A stretch of DNA of 32,321 bases from a virus (taxonomy: Duplodnaviria > Caudoviricetes). The position numbers were made by a program, and so were the translations under genes. The DNA is taken from IMG/VR virus record IMGVR_UViG_3300032212_000682, positions 1-32,321 of that record, one strand, 5' to 3'. The notes beneath the pieces are model-generated. The model saw only the letters and a list, made by a program, of their open reading frames with translations. It was not told where the DNA came from and ran no database searches. Positions 9,646 through 19,217 of this stretch are shown in pieces. The first letter of the stretch is position 1. Every line of letters starts with the position of its first letter.

Positions 9646-10611
9646 TTATAAACTTGAAAGCGCGTTTTTCAATACAACCTTAAAACCATCGCCACCACTA
9701 ATAAAACCGGTAAACGACAACGGCACGCGAATACCTGCCGGGCCTTCAATGCCCGCACTTGTACGCTCGTATTCTAAATTTTGCACAAAAAATTCAATCG
9801 ATTCATTGCCCGCCGACCCCAAACCATCACCACGCGACACGGTAATTTTTAACGACGACGCCGTGCCATTAATCGCCTTATTCAGCAAACTTGCATCTTC
9901 AAACAAGGCCGTAAGCGATCCCTTAACCGTTGCAAAACCTTCGGGCAAAGAACGACGCACACCGCCGCCACCGATAACAAAGTTAGAATCATCCAAGCCA
10001 TTGTCGATTGTCATCTCTGCTTGCGTCACTGTTGAAATTGTCGCGCCGCCTTCCTCGATGGTCGCCTGAAAAGCAGAAAACGCCGTGTGCCCGTTATCAG
10101 TTAACGTTGCATCAAGCGCCACCGAATCAAAGGTTGACTTAGCGCCCTTGATATCAAACGAGGCCATGCATTTTCCACTAACAGGAAAATCAAATTTTGC
10201 CGATGCTATCCGACAACCGTTGAACTTTTCAAAACGACCACTACCACTAATATTCGCACCGTAATCATTTTCAACAACCAAACCCGTTGGCAAATCACCC
10301 ACGCTGATTGCATGCCGATACGGGCCCGAACCCGTGGTTGCTACAACACCAAACGTATGCTTTAACAAAAGCCCTAAGTTTTCCGCGCTCATTTCGGTTT
10401 CTAACGCGCCGGCAACATCAATATTGCCTCGCGTTGGCCGCGAACGCTCACGCGCACTTGTCAACGTTTCGCTGTCTTCTAATGGCTGCGAAGCTTTAAC
10501 ACCATTTGATTTAATATAAACTTTTGTACCATTCGGCGCACCCGGATCGGTTGCATAAGTGCTTTCTTCATATACCGCAACCGCCGTGTCGGTTCCTTTT
10601 GCTTGTGGCAT
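9646..10611 (-). CDS. Major tail tube protein
   Basis: 321 aa beta-rich protein with E.TY..., G.IDVAG.LE.E, F.GCRI and IDNGL motifs; between the tail terminator and chaperone genes. Confidence 0.85.
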   Translation of the reverse strand: MPQAKGTDTAVAVYEESTYATDPGAPNGTKVYIKSNGVKASQPLEDSETLTSARERSRPTRGNIDVAGALETEMSAENLGLLLKHTFGVVATTGSGPYRHAISVGDLPTGLVVENDYGANISGSGRFEKFNGCRIASAKFDFPVSGKCMASFDIKGAKSTFDSVALDATLTDNGHTAFSAFQATIEEGGATISTVTQAEMTIDNGLDDSNFVIGGGGVRRSLPEGFATVKGSLTALFEDASLLNKAINGTASSLKITVSRGDGLGSAGNESIEFFVQNLEYERTSAGIEGPAGIRVPLSFTGFISGGDGFKVVLKNALSSL

Positions 10612-10622
10612 TGTCTCGCCTC

Positions 10623-11048
10623 CTAACTAGTTAAATCGTTTGCCTTATGTTGATACGTCACAGCATAGCGTTGCGTTATCACACACCTTTCCAAATCTGC
10701 ATCGTCTTGAACCTTGTTTGCATCAAGTCGCGTTATCTCATCCACTAAACCGCTTAACGTTCTATCTGCCATCAATAAAAAATGCGCTTGCGCAATCAAG
10801 TCGTCGGCCACTTGTTCGCTTTCTTCCACACTGCAAGACATAATCGACAAACCAACCACCAACCGGCACTCGTCAAACACGTTTGTTTCTGGCACCGCGT
10901 CCTCAGTTGACCAATCAACAATGCATGCCGCTTGATTTATTTCAGTGCGATCAATAGCCTGAAAAGGCGAGCGGTAAACAGCAACACCCAATTCAATCAT
11001 CAGCGCAATGATTGCCTGCATAATTAACTCACGTTTAGATTGACTCAT
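10623..11048 (-). CDS. Tail terminator / completion protein (gpU-like)
   Basis: KRELI..AI, AD.LIA..H..LMADRTLSGL, Y.VTY motifs; immediately upstream of the tube gene. Confidence 0.7.
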   Translation of the reverse strand: MSQSKRELIMQAIIALMIELGVAVYRSPFQAIDRTEINQAACIVDWSTEDAVPETNVFDECRLVVGLSIMSCSVEESEQVADDLIAQAHFLLMADRTLSGLVDEITRLDANKVQDDADLERCVITQRYAVTYQHKANDLTS

Positions 11049-11350
11049 TACGACTTGCCTATAATTCTAAATTTTTCAATGTAAGTACGCCCGCCTAACG
11101 TCACAATTGTATTTGTTACCCACATCACGCCAGCTTGCGAACAGGTTAAAAACACACTGGTTTTTACATCGTCAATCACTTGCGGCGAGCTAGTCGACAA
11201 GCCAGCATCAACCGCCCATGAGCTTGAGTTGATTGTGTCCGCATCTTTCACCAACTCATTAGTTAAATCGTTACCCCAATCAAGCGAAGCCCCGACCCTA
11301 AGCTCTGCATAGTCGCCCAACTCATCACGTTTAAACGCACTTAGCGCCAT
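11048..11350 (-). CDS. Small virion protein, putative fibre adaptor
   Basis: DW..L..DTI.SSSW, VTNTIVT.GGRT pattern; follows the fibre-like gene. Confidence 0.55.
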   Translation of the reverse strand: MALSAFKRDELGDYAELRVGASLDWGNDLTNELVKDADTINSSSWAVDAGLSTSSPQVIDDVKTSVFLTCSQAGVMWVTNTIVTLGGRTYIEKFRIIGKS

Positions 11351-13140
11351 GAACTCACCTTTCTAAATCGATTTTTTGCCGGAATTTTTCGCGTGCGTGA
11401 ACGTACCAACTGATAAAGTTTTGCACCCAAGTTGCCCGTTAAAGCCGCTTGTGCCACTGCCGCACCGGATAAACTAATCTGCGTGGTCAACTCACCGCTC
11501 GCCACTGCATTTGCCACCGCATCGGCCGACATAGTAAAGCTCACCGTCAATTCACCGGTTGCACTGTTAACAGAAGAAGCCGCACCAGCTAAAGCAATAA
11601 TTGTTGACAACCCACCCGTTGCATTTGCATAGGCTTGCGCGTTGCCCGCTAAAGGAATTTGTGTAATTAAACCACCACTTGCACTCGCACTTGCTGCCGC
11701 ATCACCAGCCAGCGCCACGGCCGTACCATCAAGCGCACCGGAGGCAATGGCACTTGCTAGCGCATCGCCGGACAAACGAATTTCTGTTGTTAAAGCGCCG
11801 CTAGAATTTGCCGCACTCAATGCGGACGCATCAAGTTTAATTTGTGTTGAGAGATCACCCGCCGCCGTCACAGTAGCCACCGCACTTGCAGCCAATGGAA
11901 TGCCGGTTGTAATAGAACCGTTGGCCGTGGCTTGTGATATCGCGCCCCCTGCAACGGGAATTTGTGTTGTTAACGCACCAGTTGAGGCGGCAACGGATTG
12001 TGCGTCGCCATCGAGAGCAGTATCCCCCCCACCCCCCACCGTTGGCCATTGCACAATCTCTACGCGATAAGTGTAGGTTTGGCCATCTTCGCATTTTCTC
12101 AATTTTGCGGTTGTCGTATCCGCAACCCATGCATCTACTAACGCTCTTGTTGTCGCGATTCCGGTGCCTGTACTGTGGCCAGTGATGGCACCCATACCCG
12201 TTTCAGCGAGTGCAACAGTTGATAAAGTCAAATCATGTTCAACAGGATTTGTCGTTGTGCCTGCTGCTATCGTGCCATTAAAGCGCTGAACGTTTAAAAC
12301 TGTTCCCGTTGATTGGGTGTTCTCGATTACCCACGTACATGCTTGATGGCCAACATCAGCACCATTTTCTAGCGTGTAGCTAATAGTATTTGTTGCTGAT
12401 AACCATTGTGCCGCACCTAGTTCATCTAAATTCGGGTAAAATGTTCTAAACTGCGCATGAAGAAACGTTTTATCAACACTGCCTACGGCAGTTATCGTTT
12501 CAGTTTCTGTGGTGCCAGCAGCGGTAAACGAATGTAATGTGCGCTGAATTTTCCAATTTGCACCAGTAAATTCAACAACTGAAATGCTAGCTTTCGATGT
12601 GTTTGATGTTGAGCCGTAATCAAGTATTTTTGGCTGATCTGTACTACTCAACCATTCTGTTATGTGCGCACCGAAATAAAATTTGTTTACTGCCGTTTCG
12701 TTTGCCGATTGACCAGTTAACCAGACGACAACGTCATTATCGTCGTTGATACCTGAAACGGCTGTACCAGTTGCCTCCGTAGCGTTAGACGCACAAACTA
12801 GTATTTGAGATTCTCTAACGATAAACTCATTAGCGCCGCCAGAGCTGCCCGTGTATTCGATAATCTCCCAATCAACGCGAACGGTGCCTGCCGTACCATA
12901 CCGACGAATATCGATACTTGTTGTTATGTTTCCATTATTTACAATCCACGCACCCAAATTATTAGCATATTCAGTAGTCCCACCGTCAAAGCCATTAGAC
13001 ATATGCACCGAATTCGTCAAACGCATAAACGCAGCCGATGCCGCGCTTGGTGCTGTGTAGTCTGTACCCGCTGTTAAGGTTACGCTATCATTTCCGTTAA
13101 CTAGAGCTATACTACCACGCTGGATTTTAAAATCTGCCAT
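11341..13140 (-). CDS. Fibre-like structural protein: four beta-rich N-terminal repeats, GGGG linker, ten ~20-aa Ala-rich repeats, basic C-terminus
   Basis: Repeats visible in the translation; lies within the morphogenesis operon. Confidence 0.65.
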   Translation of the reverse strand: MADFKIQRGSIALVNGNDSVTLTAGTDYTAPSAASAAFMRLTNSVHMSNGFDGGTTEYANNLGAWIVNNGNITTSIDIRRYGTAGTVRVDWEIIEYTGSSGGANEFIVRESQILVCASNATEATGTAVSGINDDNDVVVWLTGQSANETAVNKFYFGAHITEWLSSTDQPKILDYGSTSNTSKASISVVEFTGANWKIQRTLHSFTAAGTTETETITAVGSVDKTFLHAQFRTFYPNLDELGAAQWLSATNTISYTLENGADVGHQACTWVIENTQSTGTVLNVQRFNGTIAAGTTTNPVEHDLTLSTVALAETGMGAITGHSTGTGIATTRALVDAWVADTTTAKLRKCEDGQTYTYRVEIVQWPTVGGGGDTALDGDAQSVAASTGALTTQIPVAGGAISQATANGSITTGIPLAASAVATVTAAGDLSTQIKLDASALSAANSSGALTTEIRLSGDALASAIASGALDGTAVALAGDAAASASASGGLITQIPLAGNAQAYANATGGLSTIIALAGAASSVNSATGELTVSFTMSADAVANAVASGELTTQISLSGAAVAQAALTGNLGAKLYQLVRSRTRKIPAKNRFRKVSSWR

Positions 13141-13143
13141 GAT

Positions 13144-13509
13144 TTACGGAATATTTCGCTGCAATCCGCGCTTACTGTATTTTGATTGCTCTTCCGCCAC
13201 CCAATAGGCTTTCAATGCTGCGTAGTCGGCCTCGACTCTAACAATAAACGCCGACTGTAACTCCCCAGGCGTTTGTTGAACAGTTCGCTGCATAAATGCT
13301 GCATCACCTGCGTCGATGGCATCTTTTTGAGCTTGTGATAGTTTTCCGCTCGCGTACGCTGGCAGATTAGATGCAGACTGCGTTGAAACCTTAACTCCGT
13401 CATTATCAACTATCGGACTCGCGCTAATATCAAAATAATAAAATAGCGACCAATCGACAGATCCGTTATCTCGATTATCTAATATTTGTACTGTAATTTC
13501 ACCGGCCAT
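13144..13509 (-). CDS. Hypothetical virion-module protein (121 aa)
   Basis: ATG with GAGG SD; 3-nt gap to the fibre gene. Confidence 0.65.
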   Translation of the reverse strand: MAGEITVQILDNRDNGSVDWSLFYYFDISASPIVDNDGVKVSTQSASNLPAYASGKLSQAQKDAIDAGDAAFMQRTVQQTPGELQSAFIVRVEADYAALKAYWVAEEQSKYSKRGLQRNIP

Positions 13510-13557
13510 AATAATTCCTCACCATCTAATTGAACTTGACTAAGCACAAACCCACCC

Positions 13558-14001
13558 TTAATTATCTTCTTGATACGTCAACGCACCAGCCGCAAAGCTA
13601 GGGGCAGGGTCGCCGTTGTTGATTGTCTTCGGCGTTGTCAAAGCGGCTTGTGCGAGCATATTGCCACCCGATGCAGCATCAAACAAACCAAAATGCGTAG
13701 CTTGCCCCCAGTCAGCCGTGGGCGCGGGAAAAGTCACTGCATTATTATTTGACGTTGCGCCACCCGTCCCGGTTGAGGCCACGGTTGTGCCAGCGCCTTG
13801 CGTACCGGCCCAATTTGCCAATGAGCTTGTTACAGCAACCCGCGCATAAGAACCGCCCGACACCTCAGTGATTGTGCCTGCCTCGCCATCCGTCACGGTC
13901 GTCATTAAACCGATGTAAATCGTTGCCGGTGGCGTAAACGCTTGACCCCGAAAAAACCAATCAATCAATTTATTTTCTAAATAATTCGTTTTAGCCGTCA
14001 T
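13558..14001 (-). CDS. Small tail/neck fibre-associated protein
   Basis: YLENKL, IYIGL.T, EVSGGSYARVAV, TFP.PTADWG, DAASGGN motifs typical of a widespread phage minor structural family. Confidence 0.7.
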   Translation of the reverse strand: MTAKTNYLENKLIDWFFRGQAFTPPATIYIGLMTTVTDGEAGTITEVSGGSYARVAVTSSLANWAGTQGAGTTVASTGTGGATSNNNAVTFPAPTADWGQATHFGLFDAASGGNMLAQAALTTPKTINNGDPAPSFAAGALTYQEDN

Positions 14002-14012
14002 ACCCTACGCCT

Positions 14013-14315
14013 CTATTGTTGAAACTCACCAAGCAACACACGTTTAATGTTGCCGTCATCTATTAAACTGATTTCACGCACGCGATAACTTGTTGCGTTA
14101 ATTACCAATATCTCGTCTTTCTTTAACCCGATAAACTTGCTGGCCGGGCAGGTTATTTCGATCTCTTTTTGCGCTGCACGAAAAGCATCGAACCCTTGAT
14201 TTTCTTCGAAAGCATCAAAGATGACACTTTCGATTTGCACCGCACCGCCGGCCGAAGGTGTCCAAGTAGCTTGCACACCAAAATCAGCCATGAACGCGGT
14301 GAAGTCTTCTTGCAT
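14013..14315 (-). CDS. Head-tail joining protein (gpFII-like)
   Basis: 100 aa after the capsid gene; F.ADFG, VIFD, I....Y.V.....DD.G motifs. Confidence 0.75.
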   Translation of the reverse strand: MQEDFTAFMADFGVQATWTPSAGGAVQIESVIFDAFEENQGFDAFRAAQKEIEITCPASKFIGLKKDEILVINATSYRVREISLIDDGNIKRVLLGEFQQ

Positions 14316-14328
14316 TATTTTTCTCTGT

Positions 14329-14502
14329 TTAGCCCTTAGCGGTTTCTTTTGCCCCGCCTATTTTATGCTTACCAATTTTCACCCGGCCAATGGTTGCCAA
14401 ATACTTTGCCTCGTCTTTATCTACTAAAACGAACTCACCAACAGCTTTATGCTTGCCGGCTACCATGCAAGGCTCTGCAATTGTTACCTCTACCTTATCC
14501 AT
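14329..14502 (-). CDS. Small protein after the capsid gene (57 aa, gpFI-like position); not in the ORF track
   Basis: Translated by hand: MDKVEVTIAEPCMVAGKHKAVGEFVLVDKDEAKYLATIGRVKIGKHKIGGAKETAKG; GGAGAG SD; fills the gap between capsid and gpFII-like genes. Confidence 0.75.
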   Translation of the reverse strand: MDKVEVTIAEPCMVAGKHKAVGEFVLVDKDEAKYLATIGRVKIGKHKIGGAKETAKG

Positions 14503-14529
14503 TTTTTTCTCTCCAATTTCTTTAACTTT

Positions 14530-14565
14530 AAAAAGTGCCCGCCGCTAAACACGGCGAGCAACTTT
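14530..14565 (-). terminator. Intrinsic terminator after the capsid gene
   Basis: GCTCGCCG-TGTTTAG-CGGCGGGC followed by ACTTTTT. Confidence 0.65.
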
Positions 14566-14577
14566 ACACAACAAATA

Positions 14578-16446
14578 TTATGTTGTTAATGCATCCGTCA
14601 TTGCTGAAAAGCTAGCAGGTTGACGCACGCCCACATCAATAAATTGATTTGCCGTTAATCGTACTTGACCAGTTGCCGCCAAGGTAAACGGATCAACCAC
14701 CAAATCTAGCCCGCCGAATAGCGCGATAACTAAATCAGACCAGTCAGAACCAAAAAGCAATGTTGAACAAACACTGTCTGCCGTTCCCTTCGTGCCATTG
14801 CTTGGCATAGTGTTCGTTACTGCCGCACGATAACCGTTAAGCGGCGTGTTTACGTCGCGATCCCAAATAAAATCAAGGTTTGCTGCTTTCTGCACCTGCT
14901 TCATTTTGCCGCGTGATTTTGTGTTAACCGCATAACCACTAAATTGATCAGGTTCAGCATTTGCGTTTGCACAAGCTGACTCTAAACCAACGATATGCGA
15001 CCAATCGATTGCCGCACCGTTCGCACCACCAACAACGGAACCAATACCGGACGTATTAACCAAGCCCGTCGCCTCGTTACCCGTACCAGACCCCAAGAAG
15101 GCTTGCGTTTGAATGATCTGTGCAATGGCTGCCATTAAGTCGGCTTGCATCATCATGTCAACATCAATAGAACCTTGGATAATTGATTGCTTTGAATAAT
15201 CCACATAATTGCTTGCACGCTTAGGGGCCATGTTTAATTGCGCCGTTGCGACACTGGAACCGCCACCGTTGCCGGTTTCTGCAACCATTGAGACACTTGC
15301 GCCGGATGTTTTACGGGGAATAGCAATTGAAGATGTTAAGCCACCCAAGAAGCGCACACCTAAACCGGCAAGCACCATTGCATTTCTTAGCACGTCTACA
15401 AATTCGTTACCTAGCACGGATGTTTGCACTAGGTTTCCGGCCTCGGCCGCTGTGCCAACGTTAAATGTACGTTTTGCGAATGAGTCAACCGGCAGGTAAA
15501 AACCGTCGGCCGCTTTACCCATCTTAACCGCTACCGCTTCGGAGGCTGCGCGCTCTAAGCCTGCCTTGCTCCAATCGCCGGTAATAGCTGCCGATACTGC
15601 GCGACTTAATGAATAACGGTTAATTTCTTCATCGCTCATGCCAATTTCGGCTTCGCTTGCGTCACTGTGACGCGAAGTAATCTTGTCCATTAAGGTGTTT
15701 TGAAATTCTGCCGATGTTTTACCGTTTCGGATATAATCGGTTACTAAATCACGAGCGCCGTATTGCTCGTATTTTTCTGCAAGCGTAAGCAGGTCATTAA
15801 CGCGCTGCTGTTCGTTTTGCAAGTTGTCGTTGTCTTCTGGCATTGGTTTGTCCTCTAAAATTTCAATGTCTAAAGTTCGCTTTTCCACTGGCTCCGGCTC
15901 TGGCTCTGCCTGCTCCGGGCGTTCGATTACGGTTTCAACGTCAACAGCTCCCGCCGTTCTGCCTACACCCACTGTTGGGTCTGCTGGTATTGCCACAAAT
16001 GACACTTCCAACGGCTCCCAATCCATAACACGATAAGTTTCTCCGGTTTCGGTTTCTTCTTCCAACACCATGCGGTGCGGAATATAGCCAACGCTAACAT
16101 GTCGCAAAATCGCGTCGAGTACGTCTTGGTAAGCGGCTTCGGCTTCGGCACTTTTCCCAAAGCGCACCACCGCACGGCCCACCTTGTCCGCACCTATCTC
16201 GACCGATTCAACAACGCCGATATGCTTACCGGTGTTATGATCCAACAGCACCGCCCCACCATCTTTCAACCGACCAAGGCGTATTGATGATGGGTCATGG
16301 TCTAAAATCTCTATTCCAAACCAGCGCTTGTAGGGCTCTTCCGAACTGAACGCAATTTCAACCGTGCGCGCTTCTTCGTTCACATGCTCGCGCACAACGC
16401 TTACACTTCGATATAACTCGCCAATTTGTTTGCGTTCCAATTTCAT
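14578..16446 (-). CDS. Fused prohead protease (HK97/U35-type) - major capsid protein, 622 aa
   Basis: Protease motifs LLDH, HVSVGY, EVSFVAIPADP; acidic linker; HK97-fold capsid motifs (YSLSRAV, GSGTGNE, FGSDWSDL, DPFT); start moved to ATG 16446 with AAGGGG SD. Confidence 0.92.
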   Translation of the reverse strand: MKLERKQIGELYRSVSVVREHVNEEARTVEIAFSSEEPYKRWFGIEILDHDPSSIRLGRLKDGGAVLLDHNTGKHIGVVESVEIGADKVGRAVVRFGKSAEAEAAYQDVLDAILRHVSVGYIPHRMVLEEETETGETYRVMDWEPLEVSFVAIPADPTVGVGRTAGAVDVETVIERPEQAEPEPEPVEKRTLDIEILEDKPMPEDNDNLQNEQQRVNDLLTLAEKYEQYGARDLVTDYIRNGKTSAEFQNTLMDKITSRHSDASEAEIGMSDEEINRYSLSRAVSAAITGDWSKAGLERAASEAVAVKMGKAADGFYLPVDSFAKRTFNVGTAAEAGNLVQTSVLGNEFVDVLRNAMVLAGLGVRFLGGLTSSIAIPRKTSGASVSMVAETGNGGGSSVATAQLNMAPKRASNYVDYSKQSIIQGSIDVDMMMQADLMAAIAQIIQTQAFLGSGTGNEATGLVNTSGIGSVVGGANGAAIDWSHIVGLESACANANAEPDQFSGYAVNTKSRGKMKQVQKAANLDFIWDRDVNTPLNGYRAAVTNTMPSNGTKGTADSVCSTLLFGSDWSDLVIALFGGLDLVVDPFTLAATGQVRLTANQFIDVGVRQPASFSAMTDALTT

Positions 16447-16470
16447 AATTACCCCTTTTTCAAGTCCTCT

Positions 16471-16516
16471 ACAGCTTGGCAAATCTTCGCGGACATTTTC
16501 ACGCGGAAGATGTCAC
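16471..16516 (-). promoter_or_regulatory. Putative activator-dependent late promoter, copy 2 (capsid)
   Basis: 43/46 identical to 18618..18663; dyad GACATTTTC-N5-GAAGATGTC; TGn-CAAGCT -10-like element. Confidence 0.65.
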
Positions 16517-18046
16517 ATTTTTTTCGTCTTCTGGCTCTTGCTCGCTGGTTTGCGAATCATTTGCCGCTTTTTGTTCACCCAGCTTTAAGCCCAAACGCTG
16601 CATTTCTTCTTCTTCCGTTGCGAGCTGTTGCCATACGTCATCACGATTAAGCCCAAGCTCATTGATGATTTGCGTGCGAGACTTAAAGCCTTCTTTGACG
16701 GCTTCTTTTGCGGTTTCAATGTCTTTCTTCGGATCAACCCAAGCCCAGCGACGAGGAATCCATACATGTTTAGAAAACTTTTCGATTTTTTTGACTGGTA
16801 GTACTGCACCATTAGGTGATTTCAACGCACCCATTAGCAAAGACATTTCCAACCAATCGTTAAACACGGGAATTAAAAATGCTTCTATCATCCAATTTTG
16901 GATGACTTGCCAGTGATCGCGCTCTTCTATAACGCCGGTTCGAATTGAGGAAAAATTAACGCCTTCTAAATCGTTAGTAAGGCCATGATAGGAAACGCCC
17001 CAAGCGCTCGATATTTCTTGAAGAATTGTTTTAACGAATGGCTCAAAGTTGGCCGTCGGGTAATCTGGGTTAAATTCTCTGAAATCATAACCCTTTGGTA
17101 ATACACCCATCATGCCGGGCTCGACATTTTCGTAAAATTCGCCGTCCTCGTCTTCTTCGTCGGCCATTGGTGCAATATTGCCATCGGGCGCGACATAAAA
17201 CCCCATTTTTGAGGCACCATAGCGTGCGGCATACACGGCCGCTTCTTGAAAGCCGCCTAAGCTTTCTAGCCGCTCCAACCCTGCATGCATGCGTGGAATG
17301 CCGCGCCGTTGTTCTGATCTTGACGGCATAAAACAATGAAAGACATCACGCGCCAACACACGCTCGACCGGTACTTTGTCGCGTGCCTCTCGTGGCAGGT
17401 TGTCGCCTGGATGTTGCGTTTTTATAAAATACGCAACGGGCCGGCCATAGGTATCAAGCTCGACACCCATACGGGTAAAATTGCCGTTAGGGAGCTGCAT
17501 ATTGTGATTAACATCAAGCCTATCAATATCAATGGGCTGCAATGCGTAACCAAATTTATTCACATGCTTACCGCGCACACGTCGCATAAGCACTTCGCCA
17601 TCTCTTGCAAGCGTTTCTGCAAATAATCGGCAAATATCAACAAAAGAGCGTTGCCCGGTGATATCGCAAACACTGCGTGCGCCCCATTTTTTATAGGCTT
17701 CTTCAATTACGCTTGAATTGTCCTTATCGACCTTGCCTTTGTTGCCCAGCACTTGAGATTGCAGAATAAAGCCATTCGGCCCAACAACATTTGTGACGAA
17801 CATTTGCAAAAACTTGCGAGCATAAGCATTATTGTTTGCCGCATCACGCGAACGCGCACGCATGGCATCTAATCCACTGTGCAACTCGGAATCGACACTG
17901 CTTGCGCTGGTTGTCCAATTGTTACTCAACCGGCTTGTCATGCCAGCACTAAACACACGCACAACTTTTACGGGCTGTTTTTTCTCTTCAACTTCTTGAT
18001 TTTTTAGGACTTGGACGGGCTGCGATTTTTTGCGGAATGGCCACAT
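16499..18046 (-). CDS. Portal protein, lambda family
   Basis: RARSRD..NN.YA, DGEVL, GVELD.YGRPVAY, Q.RG.P, NFSSIR, WVDP.KD motifs. Confidence 0.95.
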   Translation of the reverse strand: MWPFRKKSQPVQVLKNQEVEEKKQPVKVVRVFSAGMTSRLSNNWTTSASSVDSELHSGLDAMRARSRDAANNNAYARKFLQMFVTNVVGPNGFILQSQVLGNKGKVDKDNSSVIEEAYKKWGARSVCDITGQRSFVDICRLFAETLARDGEVLMRRVRGKHVNKFGYALQPIDIDRLDVNHNMQLPNGNFTRMGVELDTYGRPVAYFIKTQHPGDNLPREARDKVPVERVLARDVFHCFMPSRSEQRRGIPRMHAGLERLESLGGFQEAAVYAARYGASKMGFYVAPDGNIAPMADEEDEDGEFYENVEPGMMGVLPKGYDFREFNPDYPTANFEPFVKTILQEISSAWGVSYHGLTNDLEGVNFSSIRTGVIEERDHWQVIQNWMIEAFLIPVFNDWLEMSLLMGALKSPNGAVLPVKKIEKFSKHVWIPRRWAWVDPKKDIETAKEAVKEGFKSRTQIINELGLNRDDVWQQLATEEEEMQRLGLKLGEQKAANDSQTSEQEPEDEKNVTSSA

Positions 18047-18612
18047 TAGCGGTTAAACCTCGTTAGTACACGATTTCCTGATTTAAGCCCGTTTTTTATT
18101 CGGCTTGCCTTGTCTTCTTTGCTAACTTCTGATTTCCAGTACTCTATTTGTTCGACAATCTCTGCACTGCTACGAAACGCCATAGAACGCCCGGCAATGT
18201 TGTAATTTGCAACCATGCCTTGCTGTTTTGTGTTGACGTAGCTTTCGTAAGCGGATTGCAAACCCTCTAAAATCTTGCGGGCTGTTGATCGACCGTCGAA
18301 CGTGGTCTGTTGGGTAGGGTCGGGCTTAACCTCGATTCGACCATTTCCTATAGTGTAACGCTCCGAACCATTGGAAACGGTCAACGTCCAGTCGTATAAA
18401 CCGGCCGAATAAGCCGCCGATGTTACGGCATCAACCGAAATTAGATGGTCGCTACCGTCTGCACTGGATGTAATAGTGATTTTGCCCGCTGCATTGAGCA
18501 AAACATAAGTAAGTGACCACCCAGCCGAAGCCAGGTAGTCAGAGAGAGACTTTTCCCATTTGATTGTATCGCCTGCAATTATTTCGTCAGGCTCTTTTGT
18601 ATCGATAACCAT
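18046..18612 (-). CDS. Head completion protein: gpW-like C-terminus with an N-terminal Ig-like extension
   Basis: EP..I.AGDT..W, Y.IAGRS motifs; TAATG coupling to the portal; start moved to ATG 18612. Confidence 0.7.
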   Translation of the reverse strand: MVIDTKEPDEIIAGDTIKWEKSLSDYLASAGWSLTYVLLNAAGKITITSSADGSDHLISVDAVTSAAYSAGLYDWTLTVSNGSERYTIGNGRIEVKPDPTQQTTFDGRSTARKILEGLQSAYESYVNTKQQGMVANYNIAGRSMAFRSSAEIVEQIEYWKSEVSKEDKASRIKNGLKSGNRVLTRFNR

Positions 18613-18617
18613 ACAGC

Positions 18618-18663
18618 ACAGCATGGCAAAACTACGCGGACATTTTCACGCGGAAGATGTCAC
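18618..18663 (-). promoter_or_regulatory. Putative activator-dependent late promoter, copy 1 (gpW/portal)
   Basis: Same 46-bp element as 16471..16516; TGn-CATGCT -10-like element. Confidence 0.65.
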
Positions 18664-18676
18664 TAAAAAATAATAT

Positions 18677-19009
18677 CTAAATACTCAACCTATGCAAATA
18701 TTCCAAAAAACAATCAGTTTCGTTTTTCTCTTCTTCTTTAACACGAGCAACCGACAAAATGTCGAATGACAAACCCCGGTTTCGAACCGCTGCAACTGTT
18801 TCTATAGCTTGCCTAATAGCTTTTAATTTGCCTTCTGCGCTTTCTTCTAGCATTTTTCGATAGTCACACTCTTTTTCTAGTTTTGATTTATCCTGCCTTA
18901 AACTATGAATCCTATCTAAGTATTGTTGTTGCTCACCTAAATATGCTGATCGATTCTTCTCGACCAATTCTATTAACTCAGGCTTTTTTAGTTTAGCCAA
19001 ATTATCCAT
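18677..19009 (-). CDS. Hypothetical coiled-coil protein
   Basis: 110-aa ORF overlapping the upstream gene by 8 nt. Confidence 0.65.
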   Translation of the reverse strand: MDNLAKLKKPELIELVEKNRSAYLGEQQQYLDRIHSLRQDKSKLEKECDYRKMLEESAEGKLKAIRQAIETVAAVRNRGLSFDILSVARVKEEEKNETDCFLEYLHRLSI

Positions 19010-19217
19010 TTGCTTTTGCCTCTCTCGCTTCTAATACTTTATTCCATATAGCGCGGCCTTCGTCACTTAAATATGCATCGCCGCTTTCTTGGTCACAAAT
19101 ATATTTAATACTGCCTTGTTCACTTGGCACCCTTAACATGCCGCCGATAACTGTTAAACAACGTCCTTTTAAAGGGCCTTCTTCAAAACAATACTTAGTC
19201 GATTCTATACCATTCAT
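19002..19217 (-). CDS. Hypothetical protein
   Basis: 71 aa; ATGA overlap with the Mor-like gene; GAGG SD. Confidence 0.6.
   Translation of the reverse strand: MNGIESTKYCFEEGPLKGRCLTVIGGMLRVPSEQGSIKYICDQESGDAYLSDEGRAIWNKVLEAREAKANG

Noticed and set aside
7802-10069. Long plus-strand ORFs 7802..8584 and 9377..10069
   Set aside because: Antisense shadows of the tape measure, chaperone and tube genes, with no recognisable motifs
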